From Klebsormidium nitens (Eukaryota > Plantae > Klebsormidiophyceae), in assembly GCA_000708835.1 (NCBI GenBank), contig DF237504.1, positions 1-58,516 of the forward strand: DNA of 58,516 bases, given 5' to 3'. Shown one piece after another: positions 21,910-34,330 of this stretch (its first letter is position 1; every line of letters starts with the position of its first letter). The position numbers were made by a program, and so were the translations under genes. A model generated the notes under the pieces. That model saw only the letters and a list, made by a program, of their open reading frames with translations, did no database searches and was not told the DNA's origin.

Positions 21910-24406
21910 CTTCGCGGACGCCCTCCGCTGGATCCTGCTCAGGCAGCGCCGTCTTCCCGGGCACCAAAACCGCTTCCCTCTCTACCTCAGCTGCAGGACC
22001 GTCAGCTCCGCCAGTTCCGCTCTCCTCCACCCCTTGTTCCTCGCCGCTCGCAGGAACCGAAACCCGTGCAGCACCTCCAACTCCTTCGCGTCCGCTCCTC
22101 ACGATCTTGCTCATCAGCTCAGAGACGGCGCCCAGTCCCTCCTTCCAGTCCCCGCTTCCGGTGCGCTCCCCAAAGTCCTCTGTCTCGTTGTTTGGCTCAG
22201 GGGTTTCAGCCACTCCCGCCTGCCTCACCCTGCTTCCGTGGCGATCCTCAGACTCAATTGTTTCCAATCTCGTCTCATCCTGCGGCTCAGGGGCTCCGAA
22301 ACCCCCCACCTTCTCCACCCCGCTCTCGCCGGGCTCCTTGGGACCGCTTTTGGGTTTCGTCTCATCCTGCAGCTTGAGCATCTCAGCATTGCCCTCCTTC
22401 CTCACTTCACTTCTGCTATGCTCCGCAAACTCCGCCGTCTCGCGATCCGTCTTGTTTTGCCGCTCGGCCAAATCTAAAACTCTCTCCTCCCTCACTCCGC
22501 TTTCGCCCCGCTCCGCTGTCAGAGTCTCCGCTTTATTCTGCAGCTCAAACAGTTCAGCACTTCCATCCCCCCTCACTGCGCCTTCGTCGTGCTCGTCAAA
22601 CTCCAACGCTTTGACAGCCGTCTTGTTCTGCATCTTCGAGGACTCAGCTCTTTCCTCCTCCCTCAATCCGCTCCGACCCTGCTTCTCAGCCTTTAGCCCC
22701 CCATCATTCTGCTGCTCAAGCTCTGCAACCGTTGCCTTCTTCCATTCGCTGGTCACGTTGGGCTCCTCAATTTCCAAGAGCCTAGAACCCTTCTCGTTTT
22801 GCGCCTCAATTGCTTCAACAAAGCCCACCTTCCTCGCCAGGTTTTCCTCCGCCTCGTCTCGTTCCGGCTCCACCCCTGTCTCGACGTCCACTCCCAAGGA
22901 CGTATTCACATTCTGCTCCACCACAGGGGTGACGACTACGTTGCTGCCGGTGTGAACACCCTCCTCACCACCCGCCGCCTGCGAGTCTTCAACTCCCGCT
23001 TCGCCAGCTGCCTCGTCTGTGTTCCCGGACCCCTCTGTGCGTAGACCGTCGTTTGCATCCTCGTACTCGGAGGGGGACTCATAGAGTGGCTCCTCAGAAA
23101 TGTCTTCCAAAGGATGGAGAACCGTACCCCCATCTTGCATGCTGGGGCTTTCGTGACCGCTGCGGTCCATAACCGAGATCGGCGACAGGGCTTCCTCTTT
23201 CCCGGATTCTTGCTCCAAACTGAAAGCGGAAGCCTTCGCCGACAGCTCTCCGCTCCTCTCGTGGGGCAGCCCTAGCACAGGCACCTCGAACACAAGGGGG
23301 TCCTCGAGGCGGGGAGATCTGCCCCCCTGAACTCGGACCTCGCTGATCGGGGATGACGTCACAGCCGGTGTGTCGCCGTACGTCTGCCAACTAGACTGCT
23401 GCAAAGGGCTGTTATCGGGTGCAGGAGGAATGCTCTGCCCACTTTCCCTCGTTGGACTTTCCAGGGCACTCTGGGGGAGGGTTTCTGCAGTCTGGGGTAA
23501 GCTTTTCGCACTTTGGGTTAAGCTTTCCGCACTCTGGCTTAGGCTTTCTGCACCCGCCGGACTGCCCGGGGAGTTCCACTGATGTACCCCGGTTGGCAAT
23601 GGGCTGCTAGGGCCGCTTGAGGGGGGCGTTTCCGTGACTGTCGGAGTGCTCGGTCCGCTCCACTGGACGACTTCATGCGACTGGGGTGTTGTTGGCGCGC
23701 TCCAGGGGGGTCCTCTTGCCCCGTGATTTGCCCCCCTCGGAGTCGTGGGGAGGTCTTCTGCTTGCCCAGTAGAAGGCCCTGGGGATCCGGATTGCGCAGT
23801 TTGGGGGGGGAGCCACGAGGGGACTGGGGAGAGACTTGGCACAACGTCTACCTGGTAGTAGTATCCGCTTGGCCTCCGAGCATGCGAGTCTGGTTCTCCA
23901 TACCCCTTCCCTGTTGGTGTGGTCGGCAGGCTCGTTCCCTTCTTGGACGACTTTGAAGAGAACCATCCACGGTGGGGGGGAGGGAATGAGCCGCGCTCAG
24001 GAGAGGGGGGCTGTGAAGCAGAACGACTCTTTCTGAACAGCTTGTGTGAACCGCTAGCCTCGGAGGATGACGACATGCGGTCTGGGGAGGGGGGCTGAGA
24101 TGCGGAGCGGTGCTTGAGCTTGCTGAGCGACTTTGAGAAGAGCCTCTTGAGGGGGTTGCGGCTGCGGTGGCGCCTCGAGGGGGGTTCGGCCAGGTCTGCT
24201 TCTTCTGACTGGACCAGGGGGGGCAGGGTGGAGCTGTTAGGACTCATGCCTGAAACAGCTGCAGAGGAGACTCCGATGCCTGGGGAGGTTGCCCCTAGTG
24301 GGTATGGTTCAAGCGGATGCCGGTTCTGGTAGTCGCCAGGGGGATACGTGATTGCTGGAGCAGAATCAGTCTGGGGCTCGGAGAAGAGACCACACGAGAG
24401 CTTTCC
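21910..24406 (-). CDS. 2.5-kb exon of a Ser/Pro-rich then Glu-rich disordered protein (contains the 804-aa ORF; possible start ATG 24247)
   Basis: CTCTGCAG acceptor at 24407, frame open to GTAAGG donor at 21909 (phase 1); low-complexity composition; 7-aa repeat AESLSQS x4 at ~23467-23553. Confidence 0.8.
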
Positions 24407-25766
24407 CTGCAGAGGGGTACACAGTTTCTTTCAATCGGGGTAGGATTCAAAAGGGGGCCGATCCAGATATTGTGAACTATCAGTCAAAATTTTCAGAAAT
24501 TTAGAAGATGGAGAAGCGTTTACACATGTTTAGCACCAATCATGAAGCAATCCCTGCCCCATGAGTTACTGCCCTGAATTGAGCAGGCAACCAAGCACGC
24601 CAAGAAGAAGCTGATGTGACAAGATCTGAAAATTTCAGAACGGGTTTTACACTTCCAGGTCTGGCCTTCTGCCTTGCATGCATCAAGATACAGCCAAGTT
24701 GCGCCCTCAAACAGCAAAGACTGCTGCAAAGGACTCCTCAGAGTCAGAGGCAAGAGTAGCAAGCGGGAACTGATCCACTTGCAAAGAAAAGCTCCCAATC
24801 AAGATCCTTCCATCTTGGCGTTTTGCAATTACGAGTTGAAGAAGGGGGCAGCTTGCTTCCTAAACTAACAAATATTCCAGGGATCGTTTCCAAGGACAAT
24901 CCTGCTAGACCACTGGAGACATGAGCCCTTCATTGAAACTCAAGCAGGCAATCAAGAAGAACGTCATGATCCAAAAAGAAAGGTTGAGCTTCCAGAGGGG
25001 GCGAAACGCATTCCAATGAACAAGGACGCTTCCTTCTCTAGTATCTCTTGTGTCTCTAGTATCTCTTGTGTCTCTAGTATCGGCTAAGCAAGGCGGTCAA
25101 AGAGGGAGCTTTAAACATGTGCTGGAAACAACGAGGCAAGACCTGCTCGCTTCTTGATCGCTACTCAGCAGCTTTGCAGCGAACAGAGCTGAGTGCGTCA
25201 TCAATTCCTCTTCCATGCCTCAGCATTGTTGAAATCATGCAGTAGTCCCCCAACAAGTCAAAGGGTTGTGCTCACTCTCTTCCGCTCATCCTTCTCGTGC
25301 TTCCCAGGTGGATTCTCAACCCCACGCTGACTTGAATGTCTAGTAACTTGTATACTTTGATATCTTTCAGGAACACCAAGCTTGGTTGTGCCACCATGCT
25401 CAGTCCCGTTTGCAGCAGCCATTTAAATCAACAAGAGGCGCAACCAATGCTTCCAGCTTAAATTGAATCAGTCAAACTCATGGCTTTTGTGATGGTTGGG
25501 TGGTGCTGAAGAATGCGCGCTCCATCATAGCAGCAAGCTGCTTCAAAGCACGCCACTCTTCAGCTTGCTTTACTGCCCTTCAAACAGAGTCGTGCCTCTC
25601 TTCGCTGTGGCATGCACTCAACCCTCAAAGCCCTGGAATCAAGTTTGGCGTCCTTGAAAGGTGCTTGAACCAATGCATCAGGTTCAAGCATCTTGGACAG
25701 CTGCAGTATTGTGCATGCCGGTGCAGTGCGTCTCTTACTCTATACTGTCTTACAAACGTTGGGCTA

Positions 25767-25803
25767 TTAGGGTTTCAGTACTGGCAGGGCTTCAAAACCC
25801 TAA
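25767..25803. promoter_or_regulatory. Inverted pair of telo-boxes upstream of the zinc-finger gene
   Basis: TTAGGGTTT (25767-25775) and AAACCCTAA (25795-25803). Confidence 0.35.
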
Positions 25804-26031
25804 AAAAGGGGCCTGTGGAAAGGGATCATCGGATTCGAACAGGCTTGAAGCACTCGGGGAAAAGGTACATGGCAATGGCAATGGCATCGCTTTGCCTATG
25901 AAGGCGCTTAATGGCATATCTGTGGCCGAAGCATTAGCAAATGCTGGCACCACTCTGTTTTCCATCAGAAAGCTCAGAAGCCTCTTCTTCCATCACTGCC
26001 CATTCATTGTCAATCATTGCCTTGGGCCCCC

Positions 26032-27027
26032 ATGGCTGCCACCACATCAAGTGCACATCCTCATCGTCAGAGCTTCTGTCCCGTAAAGCCAATACTTGAG
26101 CAGGGGGCGTTTACATACGAATGGCCTCAGAGTGTGCTGTTGCCCAGGGTAGCGTCCGTGCCAGAATGCCATCAGTTATGTTGGAGTCGATTTAACCGCC
26201 TCAGAAATGCATTCAGTCCTGTTGTTCGTGTTAAGAAGACCTTCAGAGTGCAAGTGAGAGCAGTCAGGCCCGCCCTTGATACACACCCAAGCAAAGAAGG
26301 GTTAAAGTTAGATGAGCCCGAAGGGAAGGCCCCCAGAAGCCGAATCTTGCCTAGAAGGTCTGAGAATCTTGTAGAAGCTGACAACGGAGTCAAGAGTTGC
26401 CAGCAATGTCAGCGCTCGAAGCTGTTAGGGGACTTCGAGAGGTCAGGTAGCACAGCAGACGGGCGTAGCGACCTTTGCAGAGCGTGCTTGGCGGTATTTC
26501 GGGCGCAAAACTTGGAAAAGGAGCTGTTCCATCTTTCTTTGTCAGTTGAGGAGGCATGGAGTCAGGGTAAGGCATGTAACGCTTGCGGTCATTTCAAGGA
26601 GCTCCGAGATTACACGGTAAACAGCAGCATAAAGGATGGGGTTAGTCTGTACTGTCGGAGCTGTGAGAGCATGCGGCGGAGGAAGATTGACAAGCCACCG
26701 CTGGACACCCCACAGAGGTGCAACATGTGCACTGAGCTCAAAGCAGCAACTGAGTTCTACCCCGACAGGAGTAAAGCATCGGGTTTGAGCTACTTTTGTA
26801 GACCGTGTCGCAAGCTCTCAACCCTGATCTACAGGTCGAAGAAGAAAGATGCTGCGGTTATCCCAAGAGTAGAAAAGTGTTGCAGAGCTTGCGGCGTAGT
26901 CAAGCAAGCATCGGAGTTTCACAAGGATCGAAGTAGTAGCGACAAGCTAGATTTTGTCTGTAAGCCATGTAGAGCTTCGAAGAGCAAAGAATGGCAGAGG
27001 CGTCGTCGTCTAAACGACCAATCATAA
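26032..27027 (+). CDS. Intronless 331-aa protein with a putative plastid transit peptide and four C-x2-C-x22-C-x2-C zinc-finger repeats
   Basis: ORF 26017-27027 (first ATG 26032); N-terminus Ser/Ala/Arg-rich with a VRA motif; four repeats C-x2-C-x3-K-x4-[FY]-x8-[GK]-x4-C-x2-C at 26398-26970. Confidence 0.85.
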   Translation: MAATTSSAHPHRQSFCPVKPILEQGAFTYEWPQSVLLPRVASVPECHQLCWSRFNRLRNAFSPVVRVKKTFRVQVRAVRPALDTHPSKEGLKLDEPEGKAPRSRILPRRSENLVEADNGVKSCQQCQRSKLLGDFERSGSTADGRSDLCRACLAVFRAQNLEKELFHLSLSVEEAWSQGKACNACGHFKELRDYTVNSSIKDGVSLYCRSCESMRRRKIDKPPLDTPQRCNMCTELKAATEFYPDRSKASGLSYFCRPCRKLSTLIYRSKKKDAAVIPRVEKCCRACGVVKQASEFHKDRSSSDKLDFVCKPCRASKSKEWQRRRRLNDQS

Positions 27028-28204
27028 TCTGCGTACTTGGGTGTACCAGGCTGTTTGCGGCCCAACTGTGAAGGTATTGTATGATTCATGCATGGTGATA
27101 TCATACAGCTTGGCATACTTCCATGGTGTCGTGCAAAAGACCTCGATAAAATCGACCCTTTTAAGCCACATCCTTCTTGAGTAATGTTCTAGCCGTGCCT
27201 AACTTGGCAGACAGGTCAATCGATTATTAGATGCATCATGACATCACGCGCAAGCGCACATGCATAAGTGATCATTCGCCCTGGCACCACCGACGGTATA
27301 CTGAAGTAGCACGCAAACCTCAATGATATTGCAATATTGAAGAGCTAGATATCGTAGATTAAGGACCTAGGGATGGCATATTGTAATGCGTGAGCTGCAT
27401 GATGGCGCCGGCATAATCATGGAGGCGTACATGTGCATATGTATTGACGTGGCCTTTGAAGAGCAAAGCTCCGCATGTGATCATTGCAGTAGCTCTGTGC
27501 GGACTGCGTGACTGTTCCAGTGCGCTGCATGACCTTGATCGATTGCATGCATGTATAAAAGCTTCAATTGAATCATCACGTCCATCCGACTTTCCGATGT
27601 ACCCTTTCATGCGCTAGGCATATGCAGGGTGCGCCGCATCCGCACGTTTAGTATGCATCTCCAGATCGATATGATCATGCAAAAATCAATGAGATGCACA
27701 TGTTCAAACAGTCATTCAATCGCTTCAAAGAGATGAAAGAAAATTCCAACATATGATCTCGGCATGCAAGAATCTGCACCCAAGTCTTTTCCACGGGCCA
27801 CCAATTCTGACCATGACGATCTGCAATTGCTGACAGTGATCAGAGGTGCCTGCGGGCTTATAGGTTGCCTTGGCAGCCTTGAGACTGCTCATGTCCTGAT
27901 TACCGTACGCTAGACAAGCACGTGCACCCAAAGCACTGTTAGCAGGGGCATGATCGAAACAACGGCCACCAATGTTGCGTGCAATCAACTAAACTCTCGG
28001 CTCCCTTCGAACCAAATCCGCTTGTTTAGCAACACTCCGGCTTAACCTACGGCATTGGGGACCGATCTCTGTTGAGCGACCCGAAAATAACCACTTCGAT
28101 TGCTCATTGCCCCAACTGGATCACACCATAATGAGCAGTGACAACGAGATCTGGGCCTTGAACCGTCGCCAGATCAGCAACTCATTGAACACCCCTACTG
28201 CACC

Positions 28205-31200
28205 TCAGTAAACACCGGGAACAATCTTGTAAGGGACCCGGTCGCAATACTTCTTCCAGAACTTCTTGTACCTGTCCAAGAGGGAGGGAGTCACCTTGAG
28301 TACCAAAAGATACGTTTTCAACTTGATACAATGCACTTTAGGCGCCCGCAAAGTGCTTGAGGGACGTCAATATGTGACAAATATGCCTCCTGCTTTCCAG
28401 TGCGTGAAGATGGCGACCGCTTTAGCAGCCTTCTTGCTGAACGCCAAACTGAAATCCCACTCGAACAAATGCAGATTTTGTATTGCACCCCTTTATTGAT
28501 ACGGGCTACTGGAGAAGGAAAGGAGGGACTCACTTTTCACGACACCGTACATCATCCCGTGTTGCCCGATCGAACAAGAGGATGGTCAAGAAAACGACGT
28601 AGAAATACGGCAACGCCTGCAAGGAAAAGTATGATTGCTTGGTTCCGTTTGTGTTGACGAAAAGTTGAAGTAACGGCAAGTCAAGCTAGCGCAACGTTAG
28701 GCCGTGGCAGACTGACTAGAATCTGGCCTCCAGCGAACAAATAGAGCGGAAGGAGGTGCACGCATCTTCAGCGCATCTTTGAGATGCGCAGAGTCTTCTG
28801 CAACTTCCAAGTACCCATCAACGCTATTCCTACTCCAGAAAGGAAGCAATGGTGCAACCTCAATTCAGTTATTCGCCGTATTCTGTTTCGCAAAGGTCAG
28901 CCCTTGACGTGCCATCTCCTCTCTCCATACATATATCATGAAGGCCCCGCTGTCTCTAAGATGAAGGCAAGCTGGCACTCAAAACCACCGCAAACAATCC
29001 AAGCTCAACCAAGCACTGGTTCTCTAGACGTTGCATCGAAGAGGAACTAGCTCCGCTTCACCAAACGCGAACGTGGCCCGGAGGGAGCAGAGTCGCCCGT
29101 TAGGCTTTCGACAAGGCCCCAGAAAGAAGATGCCAACATGGACTCAAGAAACGGAGGCAGTCAGACAGGAAAGGTGACGTAAGCCCACGTGGTTGAAGAG
29201 CCCCGGCACCGTCCAGAAGAAGGCGGCCAGGATCTCAGGGACGTAATGGAAGTGACGGGCTAGCCCCCACCTGCACACGTGCAAAAGTTGATCAATTGAC
29301 GTGGCGAAATACGAGGCCCTACGAAAGGTAGCCCAATTGAACGGCCAGGCCCCACCGGCACACGTGGCAAAAGCCGAGTGAATTACGATAACACGAAGCA
29401 CTTTGAAGGACGATTTGAGAACCCGCATCTATTGACAGATTGCTGCAAGCGTTTCTCCCTGTCACGATTGCTGCAAACGATTCCTTTCTGGGTAGACGAA
29501 CGTGCTTCGCAACGAAGAAGAGGAGCAGTTTGTTCGCTTTTACAGAAGTAAGTCCGAAGCCGCGTGGTTAGACAACTCCAGCACATACAGAGAGGGTGAG
29601 GCCCGCGTCTAGGAAGCGCTTACAATCTCAGTGCAAGAGAGTATCAAAAGTTCTGGATCCGTGAAAGCCAAGCTCGCATGTTAGCAAATGAAAATAAGAC
29701 TAAGAATCAGAAGGAAAATCTGGAGACAGCTCGACGTTATAGAAGCGCGCAAACAAACTCACCAGCCCGAGGTCAGCAGCAAACTCGTCTTCGTTTCCCC
29801 ATTTTCGGTCACGTATGTCGCCTCGATCTGCAAGAATAAGGTGTATGTGAATACTTAAATATATTATCTTGGCGCCACGCACCTACAAAACCATGGAGGA
29901 CCGCCGAGCTCTACTCTACAACCTGCCCTCGTTGATATCTTACGTCAAATCTCCCGTTTCAACAGAATTGCTTAGCTCTGTAGATTTGTTACAGGCTCGG
30001 TTGCCTTTTTTCTAGTCTCACTCTGCTCCTATTCCGAGTTTTAGTAGGCTTTTTATTGTCTTCATCAACAGCACGCAGATGCGTTCTCTGCTCGCTAATT
30101 CGTGTCAATAGCCACGCAAACACGACCGCAAGTGGCGAAGCTTCCGAACGCATGTTTCTAAAGGACCGCTCCTCATGCCGATGCGTACCTTGGACGGTTT
30201 CTTGCCCCAGATGAGGCCCTTGCCGTGCGTCGCCCGGAAGTACTGGCGCTGGCGGTCGCAGTCGTAGTTAATGTAGATGCACAGCGTGCCGGCGGCGAGA
30301 ACTAGAGCGGCGGTCTGCAGAGAAGGATCGACAATATAAAGAATGAAGCCATGCTCTATGGGGACGTGCAACGACTAGAGCTGGCGGTTGCAGTGATTGA
30401 TGGTTTAGATGCACGGGGTGCCGGCGGTGAAAACTAAAGCGGTGATTTGTGCAGAAGAAGCAAGGCGCTTAAAGTTGGTGAAAGAATACCTACTCAGCGT
30501 ATTTGAGCCCAGACGAGGACTGGGACACATTGCCAGATAAGAGACAGCACGCGACGACTGCGTTCAGCGACGTAAGGAGAGCCTTAGAGATTGATGTGAA
30601 AAAGAAGTAGAGAGATCCAGAGGAGCTTCGTCCTCTGGTTGCTTCAGACAGTACGGAAGTAGCTGTTCCCTGATGAGAGAAAACTCTAGGGCGAAGTCGT
30701 TGAAGTGCGATTCATTCAACCATACAAACGTGGTCAGAGAACGGCGGTTTAAGTCTTCCAAGATGAAAAGAAAGGAGACTAGAAGGTAAGAAGAGCGGTA
30801 AAGACAGTAACTTACCACGTAACCGAGGTGGATTGGGTGGTTGACTAGGTACATGGAAGGGGAGGTGTAGATGCAGGGGACCCACACGAGGCATCCCCAG
30901 CACAGGTAATAGCCGGCTGCAAAAAGGAGTATAAACACGTTGTTCAAGTTTGCAAAAGCAGGTTAAGCACACGTTGTCGAGTTTGTGCTTAGTGACGAGT
31001 CGACAGTGCTGGGCATAATGGGATGCCTTAACGAGACAAACGAGAAGTCGAAGCAACAAAAAGCGGTTAGGATGGTCAAGGTATTATTGTACCCCCGTGG
31101 TGATTTGCACCCGGCAACAGCACCAGCTTCTCGTACTTACAGCGGAAGAGGATAGATTAAGGACGGAAGGACAAAAGCTGGAAGACACGACATTCACTCA

Positions 31201-34200
31201 GTCAGTCGAGCCACCTTGCAAACCAAACCAGAGCAGAAGTAAACCCTAGCAGTTATCAGCAAGGCAAGAAGACGGCAAAATACAGAGACTAACCCCGGTC
31301 ATGTGCGATGTCCATGGTGCACCAGTAACCCGCCTCCCACAGGAAAAACTTGGTTACGTAGATCAGGGTTAGCGCGACCGAGACCGCCATGCTGTCTGCC
31401 ACGTGGCCGTCCCTCTCAACCTGGACTAGGGCGTAGTTAAGGCATAAAACCGCCCACGCCATCAGCCCGAAGCGGCAGTTGGTGAAGACCTTGATATCGA
31501 AGTTTTTGCCGATGCGGGGGTAGAGCTCCATGCCCTGGAAGAGCAGAATGGAAAAGTGACCGTTAGAAATCCAGATTTTTCCGTTAATTGTGTGCTCGAT
31601 ATGGTTTTTGGCTTCTTACAGTGTCTGTCGGCGTGACTCGCTGGGAATCATGGCCATAGAAGGATCTTTTGCATGTTCAGTTGCATAGACTTGAGAGCGG
31701 AGTGATCAGGCACGATGCATTAAATTCTAATGAGGAGAATCCTTGGACAGCATAGAAAGGAGTGCCGAGACAGGAACTTCAGGCCAACTGCTCGGGTGAA
31801 AAGGGATGCAGCATCGAGCTGACCTTCCTAGCGGGGCGCTTTCAATGCGCTTCCGGCTGTTATGAAAGGAGCAAGGCAAGCGCACTAATGCAAGCTGGCA
31901 GAACCGCGTCCTTTTCAAGTATACCCGCAGGACCCTTCCAGCCGGCCGCCTGAGCAAAGTACATTTCGGGCCTCTTGCAAGAGTTGGGCCGACCCGAAAT
32001 ACCCATCGGACGACAACAAAGTTCTGCGAACGACTTGAACCGGATATGGTCTGGAGGACAGGTTTCGCTGTTGCAGCATGCTACTTTAGAAATAACACCG
32101 CCAGATTTTGTGGGACTAAGATGCAGGCGCTCACCCAGAAGAAGTCGAAGACGAAGTTGCCGGCCGATCCCCAGTCCGATGACGAAGGGAAAGAACGACC
32201 CTGGAGAGAGAACGAAAGGGGCGCAGTCAACAAGTGAGGCAGAACGCTTGATTGAGCCGTACCAATTTGAACGCTGTTGTTCCGCACCGTTCCTTTGATT
32301 CCAAAACTTATGGCCTATCCAGTACTTGCTGCAGAATTTCTGTGACTAAAACGCAAACGAATTGATTCAGGTGACCCTACAATTAAAAAGACCAACCCCG
32401 GATTCCAAACCCATTTCACTTCAAGGTACGAGTGGGGCACGTTGTTTGGCAAGTGGCACTGTATGCACAGATCGGGCGGATCCCCACCTTGATGTACAAG
32501 AAGCCGCACAGTAGGAGGCTGAAAATGTTGAGGGCGGAGAACACCTCCCCAAGGTGATCCCACACCAACGTGGCCTGGAACAGACCCAACCTGCGAAGCA
32601 ACGGCCAGTTCAGTAGAGCATCGTTGGAGGACTCCTTTGAATCGTCCAATGGTTGAAACATGCGTTCGAGTCAAGTGTTTGCGTTGTGCTGTGTAAGCAA
32701 CTGCAGAGACTCCAACGTTCAGCCGCCAAAACCGATATGAAAGCAACAAGTTATTGCAGATGACGTGCACAGAGCACATCCATGCTTTAAGGTCGAGCTC
32801 AAAGGAGGGCTTATGCTGAGGGAGTTGCATGGATACACTAAAGTGGTTTTAGACGAGAAAAGAATGCTCGATAGAGTATGTCTTGGATTTCAAGAAGAGG
32901 ACAAGACTGCCAGCGTACTTACTTCCAAGCAGCCATGTAGGCTATCAGCGAGATCCCGTATGCTAGGATCCCGTTATCCTGCAAATACATCAGAAAGCAA
33001 CTCATAATGAAGTGTAGTTGAAATCCCTCGTAAGGCCCACCATTTGAGCACCAGTCCTTTTCCAACATATTTCGTTCCTGTTGTCGGCGGTGTTCAACAC
33101 AGCCAGACACCAAACAAGACGAGAAGTACCAGAGATTATCAACGAGATTGTCAAAGGCACTTCCTTTCGACTCTGCATTCACTCTCATCAGAAACACACG
33201 GAAACGCCTGGTATAGTGATTGAGGAGATTCACAAAGACAGTACACCGCGATAAGATGCTTTGGATCAGTATACACTCCACAATCAATACGTGACCACCT
33301 ACGTTGATTCGTGGGTTGATTTTTCAATGCCTAACCAGACAGTCCTGCGAAAATAACTCTAACATCAACTCCCAACGGTAACTTCAACTTTCATTCTGTT
33401 CCTTACCTTGTAAACTGGAATGTTGCCTGCTGGCGACACCGGCCCATACACCTCTTTTCCCGGCAGGTATAGCTGCAACAAAGCCTCAAACCCGCCAAAG
33501 ATCCCAATGATTGCCCAGGCCGTGCCGGTGGGTCGCGGCCAAATAGACCAGACCCCCGACAGACCCTCCTCCATTGCAAAGTGGTAGAACTCTGCGACAG
33601 AGCCGTTTTTCTGGGCGTGGATGTACCACCTGAAAGGAGAGTTCCGCCGATGTGAGATATACTACTGTGCTGGAAGTTGAATTGAGGTCAAAAACCGTTT
33701 TTCCAAGGCAGATGCAGTCTGGTTAGACGGTAAGTTTGTTGGCCAACTAAACTCTGTACTCTGCAAACTGTATGGAGTGCGTCTGTTTCAACTTATCTTG
33801 TAGTGCAAACGCCATGCCAGGAGATCCCTTTCTCGTCAGAACCAACTCTTTTCAATAAAAGTCTGCAAGCTCACAGTCTTTGCAGAGATTGTCCTCTGCT
33901 CAGCATCGCTTGTGTCAAAGTGAAGCACAGTCTGCACTTGATTTGATCCTGGCGCTCGACTACCACCACTTGAACAATCCCCATATGGAGTCCCTTTCCC
34001 TCAAAGATCTAAGCTAGCCTAAAACTGCAACTACTGACCAACAATGTCCTCTGTGCTGCCAAACAAAACTCACGCAATTGCACAACCACTTAGGAACTTT
34101 GCAAAAGACCCAGAAGATGATAACACCACTCACACATAGATTGCTGCAGGCGGCGTTAGGAACAGCAGGAGGACCATGCCAACCATGGTCAGGAAAGTCC

Positions 34201-34330
34201 CCCGTGCTGGTGCCAGTTTCTGGTACTGCGATTCCCGGTGCTTGCCGAGTTGCGCTTTAGCGTTGGGAAGCGGCTTTACAACTTCCGCAGGTTCGGAACC
34301 ATCCCCTATTGACGCCTTGTCTGACGCCAT
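28205..34330 (-). CDS. DWF5: 7-dehydrocholesterol (sterol delta-7) reductase, 12 exons, 469 aa
   Basis: Exons 34330-34134, 33629-33407, 32978-32923, 32590-32488, 32200-32135, 31534-31294, 30916-30816, 30314-30189, 29827-29763, 29270-29189, 28616-28534, 28271-28205; all GT-AG with consistent phases. ERG4/ERG24-family motifs GMELYPRIG, LLLTSGWWGLARHFHYVPE, DR..RDD.RC..KY and C-terminal YKIVPGVY. Confidence 0.96.
30380..30460 (-). repeat. Decayed intronic copy of the acceptor plus first ~70 nt of DWF5 exon 8
   Basis: 30380-30460 aligns with 30248-30326 (offset ~132); the acceptor AG is destroyed in the copy. Confidence 0.8.

Noticed and set aside
21746-22955. Plus-strand 243- and 351-aa ORFs
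   Set aside because: Antisense shadows of the Glu-rich minus-strand exon.
27170-27960. CATG/TGCA-rich block as a defined transposon
   Set aside because: Composition suggests an old methylated repeat, but no TIR, TSD, LTR or coding motif could be located.
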